Shown piece by piece: positions 1 through 12,427 of a stretch of 64,000 bases of DNA. The notes below the pieces were generated by a model that was not told where the DNA came from, searched no databases, and was given only the letters and a program-made list of their open reading frames with translations. How positions within the stretch are numbered: position 1 is the stretch's first letter; each line of letters starts with the position of its first letter. The stretch covers positions 24,862,001 to 24,926,000 of the forward strand of contig NC_043015.1 in NCBI RefSeq assembly GCF_006345805.1. Reading direction: 5' to 3'. Position numbers and translations under genes: made by a program. Source of the DNA: Octopus sinensis. Taxonomy: Eukaryota.

Positions 1-2010
1 CATTTAATATCATACCTAACATTCCTCCCTTTAAGGCTCCATATAAATTTAGAGGAGAAAAGTTTTTGTTTTCCTATATTTAAATGAAAAAACATGACTC
101 TATAATTCAACTATAAGAAACTTAGATCAAATAATAGTAATGCATAATGCTAGTAAGGCAAGGCATTATATAATAGTAATAAGGATGGAAGTAACAATAA
201 TAATTGTAATAATAGTTATAATTGTAACAATATTAACAGTTAAAATACTGTTAATGATAATGATGATGATAATAATAAACATAGTAATAATAATTTCTGT
301 TATTTGCCACCAGGAAATATTGATAATATGAACAACTTAGATTAATATATGAATCTGATATATCTGGTTCAAATAGAGAATATCAAATGTATTATATTTT
401 AACAGGGAAAAGTTTCCTAGCTCAAAACCTAATATTGACAATAGGAGGAAGGGAAAATTTTTACATAAACAATATCTATATGAAATCATATAAATGACCA
501 TTAAAAAAGCCAACAGGGGAATGTACTTACTGTTATATAGGCACTTTCACAACTGATTTTAAAACAAGAGTAACCAATCGCGTTTCTTTATTTAAATATA
601 GGACAAAAACAAAAAAAGAAAACTTCACTTCTTTAAGTAGATTTATTTGGAGCTTAAAAGAGAGGAATTTTTAGGTGTGATATTAAATGAGCGATATGAT
701 GAATAGTACACCACCACATAATGGAGGAAAACTCAAATGTAACTTATGCATATCCTTATATCCATATCTAACATATTAAATAAAAGAAATTAATGTTAAG
801 AAGTGCACATTTACTTAGAAGAACATTTACAACCTTGCCAAACTGATGAAGTACTGATACGTGCATTCTTAGGTCTGACTTTCTTTGTCTGGTTTATTCA
901 ATGTAGTTAACATAACTCGTACCATTTAGTGAATACACTAATATTTACTTTATCGAATTATTCTAGTTATCTTAATTTTCTAATTATCATTAGTCCTATT
1001 ATTATTGTTGTTGTTCTATAATTATTTATTTTAATTTGTTTTTTAGATTCTGTATTTAGATTGCTAGATTATTATTTTATAATTATTTGAATATTTCTTT
1101 TATTCATTTTTTAAATTCATCTTGTAATTCATTTTTTTATCTTAGTTCATCTCGATCATATTACAATTATTTATTTTAATTTATTTAGATATTTATTCTT
1201 TTAAGGAAAATTATTTTTTTTAAATAGAATATCTTTAGTGAATAATATATTTTTTAAATTTTTCTTTTGTAGTCTTCTTAACTCAACCTGTCTTCTGCTA
1301 AGCTTATATTTCAAATTAATACTGATGAAATGACATTTCCTTCATGACCTAAACGATCTTCTATTGAATTGGTTAGTTCCACTCACCACTTCTGTCTATT
1401 CAAATTGGTCAGTAAATTTTAAATAAGGCAGGAATGTTGCTTTAAACATTCTTCAAATTGATGTGTGGGACTGAAGAAACTACAATTGCAGCATAATATG
1501 ATAAACACACTTCCAAAGCTAGTCAGATTTTGCTGGTTTACTGTTATATTATCTCCCTTGAAATGCTCTCTATTCCAAGGAGTGTCATATAGTTTGGATA
1601 AGGATAGGATGCTGCAAGATTTCTCTATTACTGTAGAAAATCAGTTGATAGAATAGGGGATTGACTATAATGCATGATTTCTGCATTGCAGATTTCTAAA
1701 ATTTGATGTTCTATCTGAAGCATGTGTAAGCTTTTTAAAGTATGTATAACTCTCCATTCTCTGTGAGTTTATATTAAATTCATTTAATGTTTGAGCTTTA
1801 GATTAACAAATTGGGCAGGCAGTGGAAAGTAGTTTTACTGTGTTGGTGGATTACAATGGTTTTCACTGGACAATTTAGTTATCTAAATTATATATTTTCA
1901 GAGTGTTTATAAAGTATCCACCTGGATTTGTAATACCATCATTCCTTTGTGTATATATATATATGTGCATGTGTGTGTACATATATATATGTATGTATGT
2001 ATGTATATAT

Positions 2011-2053
<43 letters not shown>

Positions 2054-2065
2054 ATATATGTATAT

Positions 2066-4374
2066 AAGACAGAAGAGAGGTTTGGAGACACCATTATGAG
2101 AAGCTGCTAAATAAGGAAAATGAATGGGATAAAGAGAGTCTGCCGAATGTCGACCCAGCAGAAGGACCAGCTATCCAAGTTGATAGTTCCTTAGTAGTTA
2201 AGGCAATTAGAAACATGAAGACAGGAAAAGCCCCAGGCCCATCAGGAATTACTGCAGAGATGCTTAAAATATCTGGTAGTATCGGCTATAGCCTAATCAC
2301 CCATATAGTTAACCAGGTGATACACGAAGGAGTCATACCCAATGACTGGTGTAGCAGCATAATAGTCAACTGCTACAAAGGTAAAGGGGACGCTTTAGTT
2401 ACAAATAATTACAGAGGTATCAAGCTGTTGGATCAGGTAATGAAGGTTACAGAGAGGGTCATAGCCCAACTGATTAGGGAGAGAGTCAGCTTGGATGAGA
2501 TGCAGTTTGGTTTCGTGCCAGGGAAAAGCACCACTGATGCCATATTTCTGGTGAGACAGCTGCAGGAGAAATACCTAGCCAAAGATAAGCCCCTGTACCT
2601 GGCTTTCGTTGACATGGAGAAAGCCTTCGACAGGGTCCCCCGTTCCCTTATCTGGTGGTCAATGAGGAAACTAGGGATAGATGAATGGCTAGTGAGAGCA
2701 GTGCAAACCATGTACAGAGATGCTGTAAATAAGGTGAGCATTGGTAACGAGTACACTAAAGAATTCAGGGTAGTGGTAGGGGTCCACCAAGGTTCAGTCC
2801 TCAGCCCCCTCCTATTTATCATAGTCCTGCAGGCAATAACGGAGGAATTCAAGACAGGATACACCTGGGAGCTCCTATATGCTGATGACCTTGCTCTAAT
2901 TACTGAGTCACTATCAGAACAAGAGGCAAAGTTTCAAGTGTGGAGACAAGGATTAGAATCGAAGGGCCTTAAAATCAACCTAGCTAAAACCAAAGTCCTA
3001 ATATGTAGGAAGGCAGGCAAATCCCAAACGCCTTCAGATAGATGGCCTGCTCGATCTGTAGAAAAGGCATTGGTAGAAACTCTATAAGATGCACCAAGTG
3101 TAAGCTATGGACACATAAGAGGTGCAGCAATCTCAAAGGAAGGCTAACTGGGAAGATAGTTTTTGTATGTGGCAGATGCTCAGGAGCAATAAACACTGAA
3201 AATGTGAAGAGAACAACTTCTGCCACATTCCAGGGAGAAAAACTAGAAATAGTTGATAGCTTCCGTTACCTAGGTGACCAAGTCAGTAGCGGCGGCCGGT
3301 GTGCTGAAAGTGTAACTGCTAGAGTAAGAATAGCCTGGGCAAAGTTCAGAGAGCTCTTATCTCTGCTGGTGACAAAAGGCCTCTCGCTCAGAGTAAAAGG
3401 TAGAGTGTATGATGCATGTGTACGAACAGCCATGCAACATGGCAGTGAAACTTGGGCCTTTACTGCTGAGGATATGCGTAAGCTCGCAAGAAATGAAGCC
3501 AGTATGCTCCGATAGATGTGTAATGTCAGTGTTCATACTTGACAGAGTGTAAGTACCTTGAGAGCAAAGTTGGACCGAAGAAGCATCAGTTGTGGTGTGC
3601 AAGAGAGACGTTTGCACTGGTATGGTCATGTAGCGAGAATGGATGAAGATAGTTGTGTGAAAAAGTGCCACACCCTAGTGGTTGAGGAAACCTGTGGAAG
3701 AGGTAGACCCAGGAAAACTTGGGATGAGGTGGTGAAGCGTGACCTTCGATCTTTTAGGTCTCACCGAGGAAATGACCAGAGATGAGACCTTTGGAAGTAT
3801 GCTGCGCGTGGGAAGACCCGGCAGGACAAGTGAGACCATAACCCGTGGCCTCTACCTGGGACATAGCCAGCCCACTTATGCATACCTTTCCTTCTTGTGA
3901 CACAAACCCTACTTGTGAAGACCTGTTGAGGCAAGTGAAAATCAAAATCGAAATCGATCAACATGAATGGAAATTGTAGCTGTGATTCCAGTGCCAGTGG
4001 CATGTAAGAGAACCATCCGAACATGGCCATTGCCAGCGCTGCCCTGACTGGCCTCCATGCCAGTGGCACGTAAAAAGCACCATCCAATTGTGGCCATTGC
4101 CAGCCCCGTCTGGCCCCCATGCTGGTGGCACGTAAAAAGCACGATCCGATTGTGGCCGTTTGCCACCTTCGTCTGGCACCTGTGCAGGTGGCACGTAAAA
4201 AGCACCCACTACACTCATGGAGTGGTTGGCATTAGGAAGGGCATCCAGCTGTAGAAACATTGCCAGATCAGACTGGCCCTGGCGCAGCCTTCTGGCTTCC
4301 CAAACCCCAGTTGAACCGTCCAACCCATGCTTGCATGGAAAATGGACGTTAAACGATGATGATGATGATGATGA

Positions 4375-4376
<2 letters not shown>
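2066..4376 (+). mobile_element. 5'-truncated RTE-clade non-LTR retrotransposon (copy 1): RT, PHD-like insert, 3' UTR repeats, (GAT)n tail
   Basis: ORF 2215-3087 has RT motifs (NYRGIKLL, QFGF, KAFDRVP, GVHQGSVLSP, YADD). A 1-nt frameshift near 3046 continues in 3042-3515 up to an in-frame TAG at 3513. Ends ggacgttaaacgatgatgat. Confidence 0.93.
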
Positions 4377-4464
<88 letters not shown>

Positions 4465-4679
4465 ATGTATACATATATATATATACACACACTTACATAT
4501 ATATGTATACATATATACATATACACACATACATATGTATGTATATATACACACATACAATTTTGTACCTCGTCTACAGCAAAACACCTGTTTGTCTCTC
4601 TGTCTCACTATAACCTTTCATCATCTGACACAGGATTACCTCCTCTGATGACCTTGACCCTCTCAAAAGACTTTTGTCT

Positions 4680-4996
4680 TGCAAGTTACTTGGGGACCGT
4701 GTCAGTGCAAGTGCCACTTAAAAAGCATCCAGTTGACACTGTAAAGTGGTTGGCTTTTGGAAGGGTATCCACCTGCCAAAAAAACCTTGCCAAAACCGAC
4801 CTCACCTGTGCTTGTGCCATGTAAAAAGCACTCTGCAGAGTGCTTGGTGTTAGGAACGGCATCCAGCTGTAAAAATCCTTCCAAAAACAGTCACTGAAAT
4901 CTGGTGCAGGCGTCTACTTGGCCAACTCCTGTCAAACCATTCCACCTATGCCAGTGTGGAAGGTGGATGTAAAGCAATGATGATGATGGTAATGAC
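4680..4996 (+). mobile_element. RTE 3'-tail fragment / tail-sharing SINE
   Basis: gtaaaaagcac...ggcatccagctgtaaaa...atgatgatg, homologous to the copy 1 3' end. Confidence 0.7.
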
Positions 4997-5040
4997 GACG
5001 AAAATATATATATGTGTGTGTGTGTGTGTGTGTATGTATA

Positions 5041-5073
<33 letters not shown>

Positions 5074-5839
5074 ATTTATATAATTATGTATGTATGTATG
5101 TATATATATATACACGAGTGAGCAGACAAACGAAAGAAGGGAACTCTACACATTTATTGGGACTTACATGTATGGATCAAAAGAGTTCGATTCAGATATC
5201 TTGGTACTTCAAGTTTCGAGCTTGATGCTAATATTCAGCTATTGGAATTAGACTGAGATGTTGATGAGTTACTGTATCATTGTATCTCTTTAGGGAGATA
5301 CACACACAACATGACTTGATTCTCACCCTATTCAACCTTTCCTTTTTTTTCTTGTCTCTTCTTTTTATCTATTTTTTTATTTTTACACTCTAACGAAGTT
5401 CCATGATTCATATTGGATTTTTCTTACGAACTATATTTATTTTTAGCATAATAATTGTAATGCCAAAGAACTTTGGCAGCAGAAACACCTGTAAGATGGG
5501 ATGCAGTCTTTTTGTAAGCTATTAATAAATAATAAATAATGCAGATCAATTGTTGTTCAATATTATCTTCATTTTCTGATATCGTTAAATTTTGATTCTT
5601 GATAAACTCCTGTTTATCGTTGTCTTTACCTATAATTTATGATCATAACATGTTTGCCCATGTTTAAATATAGGTAATTATACTTTTATCCCTTACACAG
5701 TTATTTTAACCTCTAATTCAGCTAGCCTTATATATATATATATATATATGCCTGTGTGTGTGTATATATATATATATTATATATATATATGAATACATGT
5801 AGTTTAATATATAAATATATATATGTGTGTGTGTGTGTG

Positions 5840-5891
<52 letters not shown>

Positions 5892-6380
5892 ATGTATATG
5901 TGCATGCTTTTACATATGTGTACATATGTATTCCTGTATATAAAAAACACATATATACATACATACGAGTGTGTGCATGCATGTGCCTGTGTGTGTTTGT
6001 CTCTGCAGGTAAGTATGCTATTTACTTGATATTAACATCAGCAGGAAGTCTCAAAACTTATTTATATTTACAAACAGAATTATTCCAGTACTTTTATGTC
6101 ATGGATTGAGATATAATTTAATAGAAAGACATCAGGAACAAAGATTCTCTTCCTGTTTATATTCCAATGAATTTCTTTAGAATTTTACTTTGAAGTGCAC
6201 TTTCATTTCTAAAGTTTCAAGATTGCGATTTGTTTCTCTTTGTTTCATTATAATACATATATATGTTATCTATATATATATATATATATTGATGGGTGTT
6301 TGTGTGTGTGAGCATGTGTGTGTGTGGGTATATGTGTATACAGATGTGTGTGTCTATATGTATATGTGTGAGTGTGTATG

Positions 6381-6455
<75 letters not shown>

Positions 6456-6460
6456 CACTC

Positions 6461-6619
6461 ACGGAGTGGTTGGTGTTAGGAAGGGCATCCAGCTGTAGAA
6501 ACATTGCCAGATAAGACTGGAGCCTGGTGCAGCCTTCTGGCTTCCCAGATCCCCGGTCGAACCGTCCAACCCATGCTAGCATGGAGAACGGACGTTAAAT
6601 GATGATGATGATGATGATG
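6461..6619 (+). mobile_element. Young RTE 3'-tail insertion
   Basis: acggagtggttgg...ggacgttaaatgatgatg next to (TA)n. Confidence 0.85.
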
Positions 6620-6629
6620 ATATATATAT

Positions 6630-7000
6630 ATATAAAATACAAAATGGGACAAGAACGCAAAACATCCAAATAGATGGTACAAAAAAAAGGACGGGTCATT
6701 CGAAGCCTTTAATCTTCAGTCAAGAACCGGATCATCCTCGCAATTTTAGCTGATTAATCTTGAGGTTGCTCCAATCTGGCCAGCCCCAACGAAAAACTAA
6801 GATAACAGCATTAGATTCCTTGGAGAAAGGATCGAATGTATATGAAACAAGGAGGAAAAATGGATTAAATTACACGAATTTAAATACAAAAATAATACAA
6901 AAAGCAAAAAATAATATGAATATAAATACAAAAAACAATAATAATAATAATAATAACAGGACATAACAACAGGTGTCTTTTGACTGGAGACAATTGAATT
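6630..7000 (-). mobile_element. Probable Penelope-like terminal fragment
   Basis: TA-flanked; contains a decayed CTGAAGA...CGAA core on the minus strand. Confidence 0.35.
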
Positions 7001-7544
7001 CAGCTGGCTTGTTGAGAATTAAGCCTTACAGCAGAGGAATAGAACATGTAACTGTGACTGAGGTCCCTATGCAAAAGGACTAGTAGTCAGCCAGCAGTCA
7101 TGTGAGAAGAAGAGAGAGAGAAAAAGAGGAGCAAAGGAATTAAGAAGGGGGAGAAGACAGAGAAAAAGAGGAACAAAGGAATTAAGGAGGGAGAGAAAAA
7201 AGAGAGAGAGAGTGTAGACCAAATAATCAAGGATTGGTGAGAAAAAAGAGAAAGACAGGGACATAGTGAAGTGCAAAGTAAGAAAAGCAAAGAATATATA
7301 TATATTAGAAGGTTTGGAGATGATGTACAGGTATTTTATATTAGAAGAAATGAGGTACTCAGAAATTCTGATGGTTTTATATTCACAGATATTTATTTGT
7401 GTATTACATGTTTTATACATCATATATCATGTATCATATATTAGCGCTTTCGTCCATTCTAGTTGAGTTGTCTACAAACAGAATTATTCCAGTACTTTTA
7501 TGTCATGGATTGAGATATAATTTAATATAAATATATATATATAT

Positions 7545-8017
7545 AAATATATATCTCTTCTCTTCTCCCCGTCTGTCTTGATAGACAATGGGTTGCGCCA
7601 AGGGTGGGGCCTACTTTGATGATATGCAGTGTCTGCTGTGACTGAACAGTCCAATTCTAGAGTGGCAGTCCCTGGTACAGTTGCTGCACACGAACATCGA
7701 TGGGTATGTGTGGGGTGTTGCTGCAGTTGTCCTCCTCCTGGCCCGCCTGTCCGACCACAGCTGTGCTCTCCTTTCCTCAGCCATGGAAACACCTTTTCTC
7801 ACTGTCCGACGCCAGGCAGAGCGGTCAGCAGCTGTTACCTCCCACGTGTCCACACAGATGTTGGCAGTCCTCAGGTCGCGCTTGCACACATCCCTGTATC
7901 GTAGCTGTGGACGTCCCTTGGGTCGGGATCCCGTGGTGAGTTCGCTGTACAGGATGTCTTTAGGCATGCGACCGTCCTGCATGCGGCAGACGTGTCTGAG
8001 CCAGCGCAGTCGTCTCC
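7545..8017 (-). mobile_element. 3' fragment of a second RTE/BovB-like LINE family with C-terminal zinc-knuckle-like motif
   Basis: RRRLRWLRHVCRMQDGRMPKDILYSELTTGSRPKGRPQLRYRD...CSNCTRDCHSRIGLFSHSRHC is a typical RTE ORF C-terminus. Cut off at an (AT)n tract. Confidence 0.88.
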
Positions 8018-8186
8018 GATATATATATATATATATATCAAGGGCAAACAAGTATGTGTACAAGTCGCCTACATGCTAGAAGACGCCACCAATGTCTAAA
8101 AGCTACCTAACACATCACCATAAAACAATATGTGTTCGTACTCATGCAAATAAACAAAACACATTCATGAAATTTATAATACATAT

Positions 8187-8587
8187 AGGAGTGGCTGTGT
8201 GGTTTGTAGCTTCCTTACCAACCACATGTTTCTGGGTTCAGTCCCACTGTGTGGCACTTTGGGCAAGTGTCTTCTGCTATAGCCTCAGGCCGACCAAAGC
8301 CTTGTGAGTGGATTTAGTAGATGAAAACTGAAAGAAGCCTGTCGTATATAGGTATGTATGTGTGTGTGTGTATATGCTTGTGTGTCTGTGTTTGTCCCCC
8401 CCCGCCAACATCACTTGACAACCGATGCTGGTGTGTTTATGTCCCCGTAACTTAGCAGTTCAGCAAGAGAGACTGATAGAATAAGTACTAGGCTTACAAA
8501 GAATAAGTCCTGGGGTCGATTTGTTCAACTAATGGCAGTGCTTCAGCATGGCCACAGCCAAATGACTGAAAGAAGTAAAAGAGTAAC
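8187..8587 (+). mobile_element. tRNA-derived SINE, family A (full length)
   Basis: A box gtggctgtgtgg, B box gggttcagtcc, internal (TG)n, tail ...gactgaaagaagtaaaagag. Recurs in the window. Confidence 0.85.
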
Positions 8588-8639
8588 TCACAAGAGAGTT
8601 GATGATGGTGTCTTTAGTTTAAACCTCACCAAAATAAAT

Positions 8640-9375
8640 ATCTAAACCACCTGATGAATGACTGTGACTCAAAAATTTAAAGAAATTAACAGCCATGAAA
8701 CGATCGTAGTGATATATTAATTATATTTTTTTAATAATTTTGTTATATATTTAAATAATATAAATTAAATAATCTTATGTATTGGCTTAAGTTTTTCATT
8801 GAATGATTTGCCTTATTGTGGTTTTGTCTCTAATTTAATATAATATAATATTTTACTATAAAATTGGATTCAATCCTAAATCTGATTTTTCCCTGTAAGT
8901 TTGGATTTATTCCCTAATATTTATTATATATATATATATATATTGGTAAAAACGGTAAGATAACAAAAGATAGAAAGAGACCTCAATATTATGTAAATAG
9001 AGGAATTTATCTGTAAATATAATATGTGACAATTGTTCGGTAGCCAAGATAAAACTCTGAGTCTCCGATGCCGGTTATCGGAAAAACGCTATGAAAAAAA
9101 TTACCTCCCAAACGCCACTATTCTTCACTAAGAGCTAAAACAGCTTATTTTGGATAATTGCCAGACATCGGTTGAGGATTCTACCACACAGAAAAATTCA
9201 ATATGGATGCCCATTACATAGATTATTTTATGAAAAACATACCTAGGTTTTTTCATAGCGTTTTTCCGATGGCCAGATAACTGAAGAGATGGTGGTGTGG
9301 ATTTCCACCTCGGCATCAGAGACTCAGAGTTTTATCTTGGCTACCGAATAATTGTCACATATTATAGTTACAGAT
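8640..9375. mobile_element. Penelope-like terminal (pseudo-LTR) remnants with a 63-bp inverted repeat
   Basis: HHR at 8648, truncated HHR at 9281-9312, inverted arms 9011-9073 / 9311-9373. Shares tatgtattggctta...tctctaatttaatata with 45690-45755. Confidence 0.55.
8648..8711 (+). ncRNA. Hammerhead ribozyme, near intact, Penelope-like
   Basis: CAC CTGATGA ATGACTGT [loop] ACAGCCAT GAAAC GATC GTA GTG. Intact core, stem II with one A.C mismatch, perfect palindromic stem III ACGATCGT, short stem I. Confidence 0.65.
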
Positions 9376-9382
9376 ATATATA

Positions 9383-12300
9383 TGCTAGCATGGGTGGGAC
9401 AGTTCAGCTGGGGTCTGGGAAGCCAGAAGGCTGCGCCAGGCCCAGTCTGATTTGGCAGTGTTTCTACAGCTGGATGCCAATCTGAGAGTGTAGTGGGTGC
9501 TTTTTATGTGCCACCTGCACAGGTGCCAGACGAGGCTGGCAAACGGCCACGATCGGATGGTGCTTTTTACGTGCCACTGGCACGGAGGCCAGTCGGGGCA
9601 GCGCTGGCAATGGCCACGTTCAGATGGTTCTCTTACATGCCACCAGCACTGGTATCACAGCTACTATTTCCATTGATGTTGAACGATTTCGCTTTTGATT
9701 TTCACTTGCCTCAACAGGTCTTCACAAGTAGGGTTTGTGTCACAAGGAGGAAAGGTATGCATAAATCGGCTGGCTACGTCCCAGGTAGAGGCTACAGGTT
9801 ATGGTCTCACTTGTCCTGCCGGGTCTTCCCACGCACAGCATACTTCCAAAGGTCTCGTCTCTGGTCATTTCCTCGGTGAGACCTAAAGTTTGAAGGTCGT
9901 TCTTCACCACCTTGTCCCAAGTTTTCCTGGGTCTACCTCTTCCACAGGTTATCTCAACCTCTAGGGTGTGGCACTTTTACACACAACTATCTTCATCCAT
10001 TCTCGCTACATGACCATACCATGCAAACGTCTCTCTTGCACACCACAACTGATGCTTCTTAGGTCCAACTTTTCTCTCAAGGTACTTACACTCTGTTGAG
10101 TATGAACACTGACATTACACATCTATCGGAGCATACTGGCTTCATTTCTTGTGAGTTTGAGCATATCCTCAGCTGTCACAGCCCAAGTTTCACTGCCATG
10201 TAGTATGGCTGTTCATACACATGCGTCATACAGTCTGCCTTTTATTCTGAGCGAGAGGCCTTTTGTCACCAGCAGAGGTAAGAGCTCTCTGAACTTTGCC
10301 CAGGCTATTCTTACTCTAGCAGTTACACTTTCAGCACACCGGCCGCCGCTACTGACTTGGTCACCTAGGTAACGGAAGCTATCAACTATTTCTAGTTTTT
10401 CTCCCTGGAATGTGGCAGAAGTTGGTCTCTTCACATTTTCAGTGTTTATTGCTCCTGAGCATCTGCCACATACAAAAACTATCTTCCCAGTTAGCCTTCC
10501 TTTGAGATTGCTGCACCTCTTATGTGTCCATAGCTTACACTTGGTGCATCTTATAGAGTTTCTACTAATGCCTTTTCTACAGATCGAGCAGGGCCATCTA
10601 TCTGAAGGCGTTTGGGATTTACCTGCCTTCCTACATATTAGGACTTTGGTTTTAGCTAGGTTGATTTTAAGGCCCTTCGATTCTAATCCTTGTCTCCACA
10701 CTTGAAACTTTGCCTCTTGTTCTGATAGTGACTCAGTAATTAGAGCAAGGTCATCAGCATATAGGAGCTCCCAGGTGTATCCTGTCTTGAATTCCTCCGT
10801 TATTGCCTGCAGGACTATGATAAATAGGAGGGGGCTGAGGACTGAACCTTGGTGGACCCCTACCACTACCCTGAATTCTTTAGCGTACTCGTTGCCAACC
10901 CTCACCTTACTTACAGCGTCTCTGTACATGGCTTGCATTGCTCTCACTAGCCATTCATCTATCCCTAGTTTCCTCATTGACCATCAGATAAGGGATCAGG
11001 GGACCCTGTCAAAGGCTTTCTTCATGTCAATAAAAGCCAGGTACAGGGGCTTATCTTTGGCTAGGTATTTCTTCTGCAGCTGTCTCACCAGAAATATGGC
11101 ATCAGTGGTGCTTTTCCCTGGCATGAGACCAAACTGCATCTCATCCAAGCTGACTCTCTCCCTAATCAGTTGGGCTATGACCCTCTCTGTAACCTTCATT
11201 ACCTGATCCAACCGCTTGATACCTCTGTAATTATTTATATCTAAAGCATCAGCTTTACATTTGTAGCAGTTGACTATTATGCTGCTACACCAGTCATTGG
11301 GTATGACTCCTTCATGTATCACCTGGTTAACTATACGGGTGACTAGGCTATAGCCGACACTACCAGATATTTTGAGCATCTCTGCAGTAATTCCTGATGG
11401 ACCTGGGACTTTCCCTGTCTTCATGCTTATAATTGCCTTAACTACTAAGGAACTGTCAACTTGGCTATCTGGTCCCTCTGTTGGGTTGACATTCAGCAGA
11501 CTCTCTTTCTCCCATTCATTTTCTTTATTTAGTAGCCTCTCATAATGGTGTCTGCTTACCTTTCTCTTTGCATCCTCATTCAGCGCAAGTGAGCCATCAT
11601 CCATGCGAACACATATCTCTCCTACCACATCACACCGGCCACCGCTACTGACTTGGTCACCTAGGTAACGGAAGCTATCAACTATTTCTAGTTTTTCTCC
11701 TTGGAATGTGGCGGAAGTTGGTCTCTTCACATTTTCAGTGTTTATTGCTCCAGAGCATCTGCCACATACAAAAACTATCTTCCCAGTTAGCCTTCCTTTG
11801 AGATTGCTGCACCTCTTATGTGTCTTGCAACACACTGTCTGGCAACACGGAATACCTCAAGTCTTTGGTCCTCATGGTGCAGAACATTGGCAAATTTTTT
11901 TCTTATCTGGTTCCCCTCTGGCTAAATAAACCTGTCTCCTAGCTTCCCTTTTGCAGACTGATACACTTCCCTGCTACCACTATTTTTCCAGTCCTTCCAA
12001 GCCTGTCTCTTTTCTCTAATAGCCCTGCCTACAACATTGTCCCACCACCACGTTATTTTGGGTTGAGAGGGGACTTTGCACCAGCCACAGATCTGGTCCG
12101 TGGCTCTCAGCAGGACCTCCAGTTGTCTTCTACCTCCAGTTGGACCTCCAGTTGTCTTAGAGACCTCCAGTTGTCTTCTACCCCATGTGAAGCTATATCC
12201 CCTTCTTCTTTGTCAAAAGCTTCAAGTAATATATCCCTAAGTCTCTGTCCATTTGCAGGATCTTTAAGCTTCCAGATCCTTCTTCTCCATGTTGGTCGTC

Positions 12301-12427
12301 TTCTGGTCATCCTCTTAGTCCTGATCCTAAAGTCACTAACTACCAGTCTATGTTGTGGGGTAAATTCTTCGCCTGGGAAGGTTTTGGCATTTATAAGCAG
12401 CCATCTTTCCCTTTTCCTGGCAAGGAT
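9383..12427 (-). mobile_element. RTE-clade LINE (copy 2), inverted relative to copy 1; includes the end of the AP-endonuclease region and RT
   Basis: ORFs 10213-10977 and 10996-11835 translate to the same RT as copy 1. The 5' part gives ...FPGEEFTPQHRLVVSDFR (endonuclease C-terminus). Same 3' UTR. Confidence 0.93.

Noticed and set aside
2433-2864. Antisense ORFs overlapping the RTE copies (also 10775-11206)
   Set aside because: Shadow frames of the RT coding sequence.
3985-4215. CRISPR-like repeat-spacer appearance
   Set aside because: Eukaryotic LINE 3' UTR; the intervening sequences are homologous to each other, not unique spacers, and there are no cas genes.
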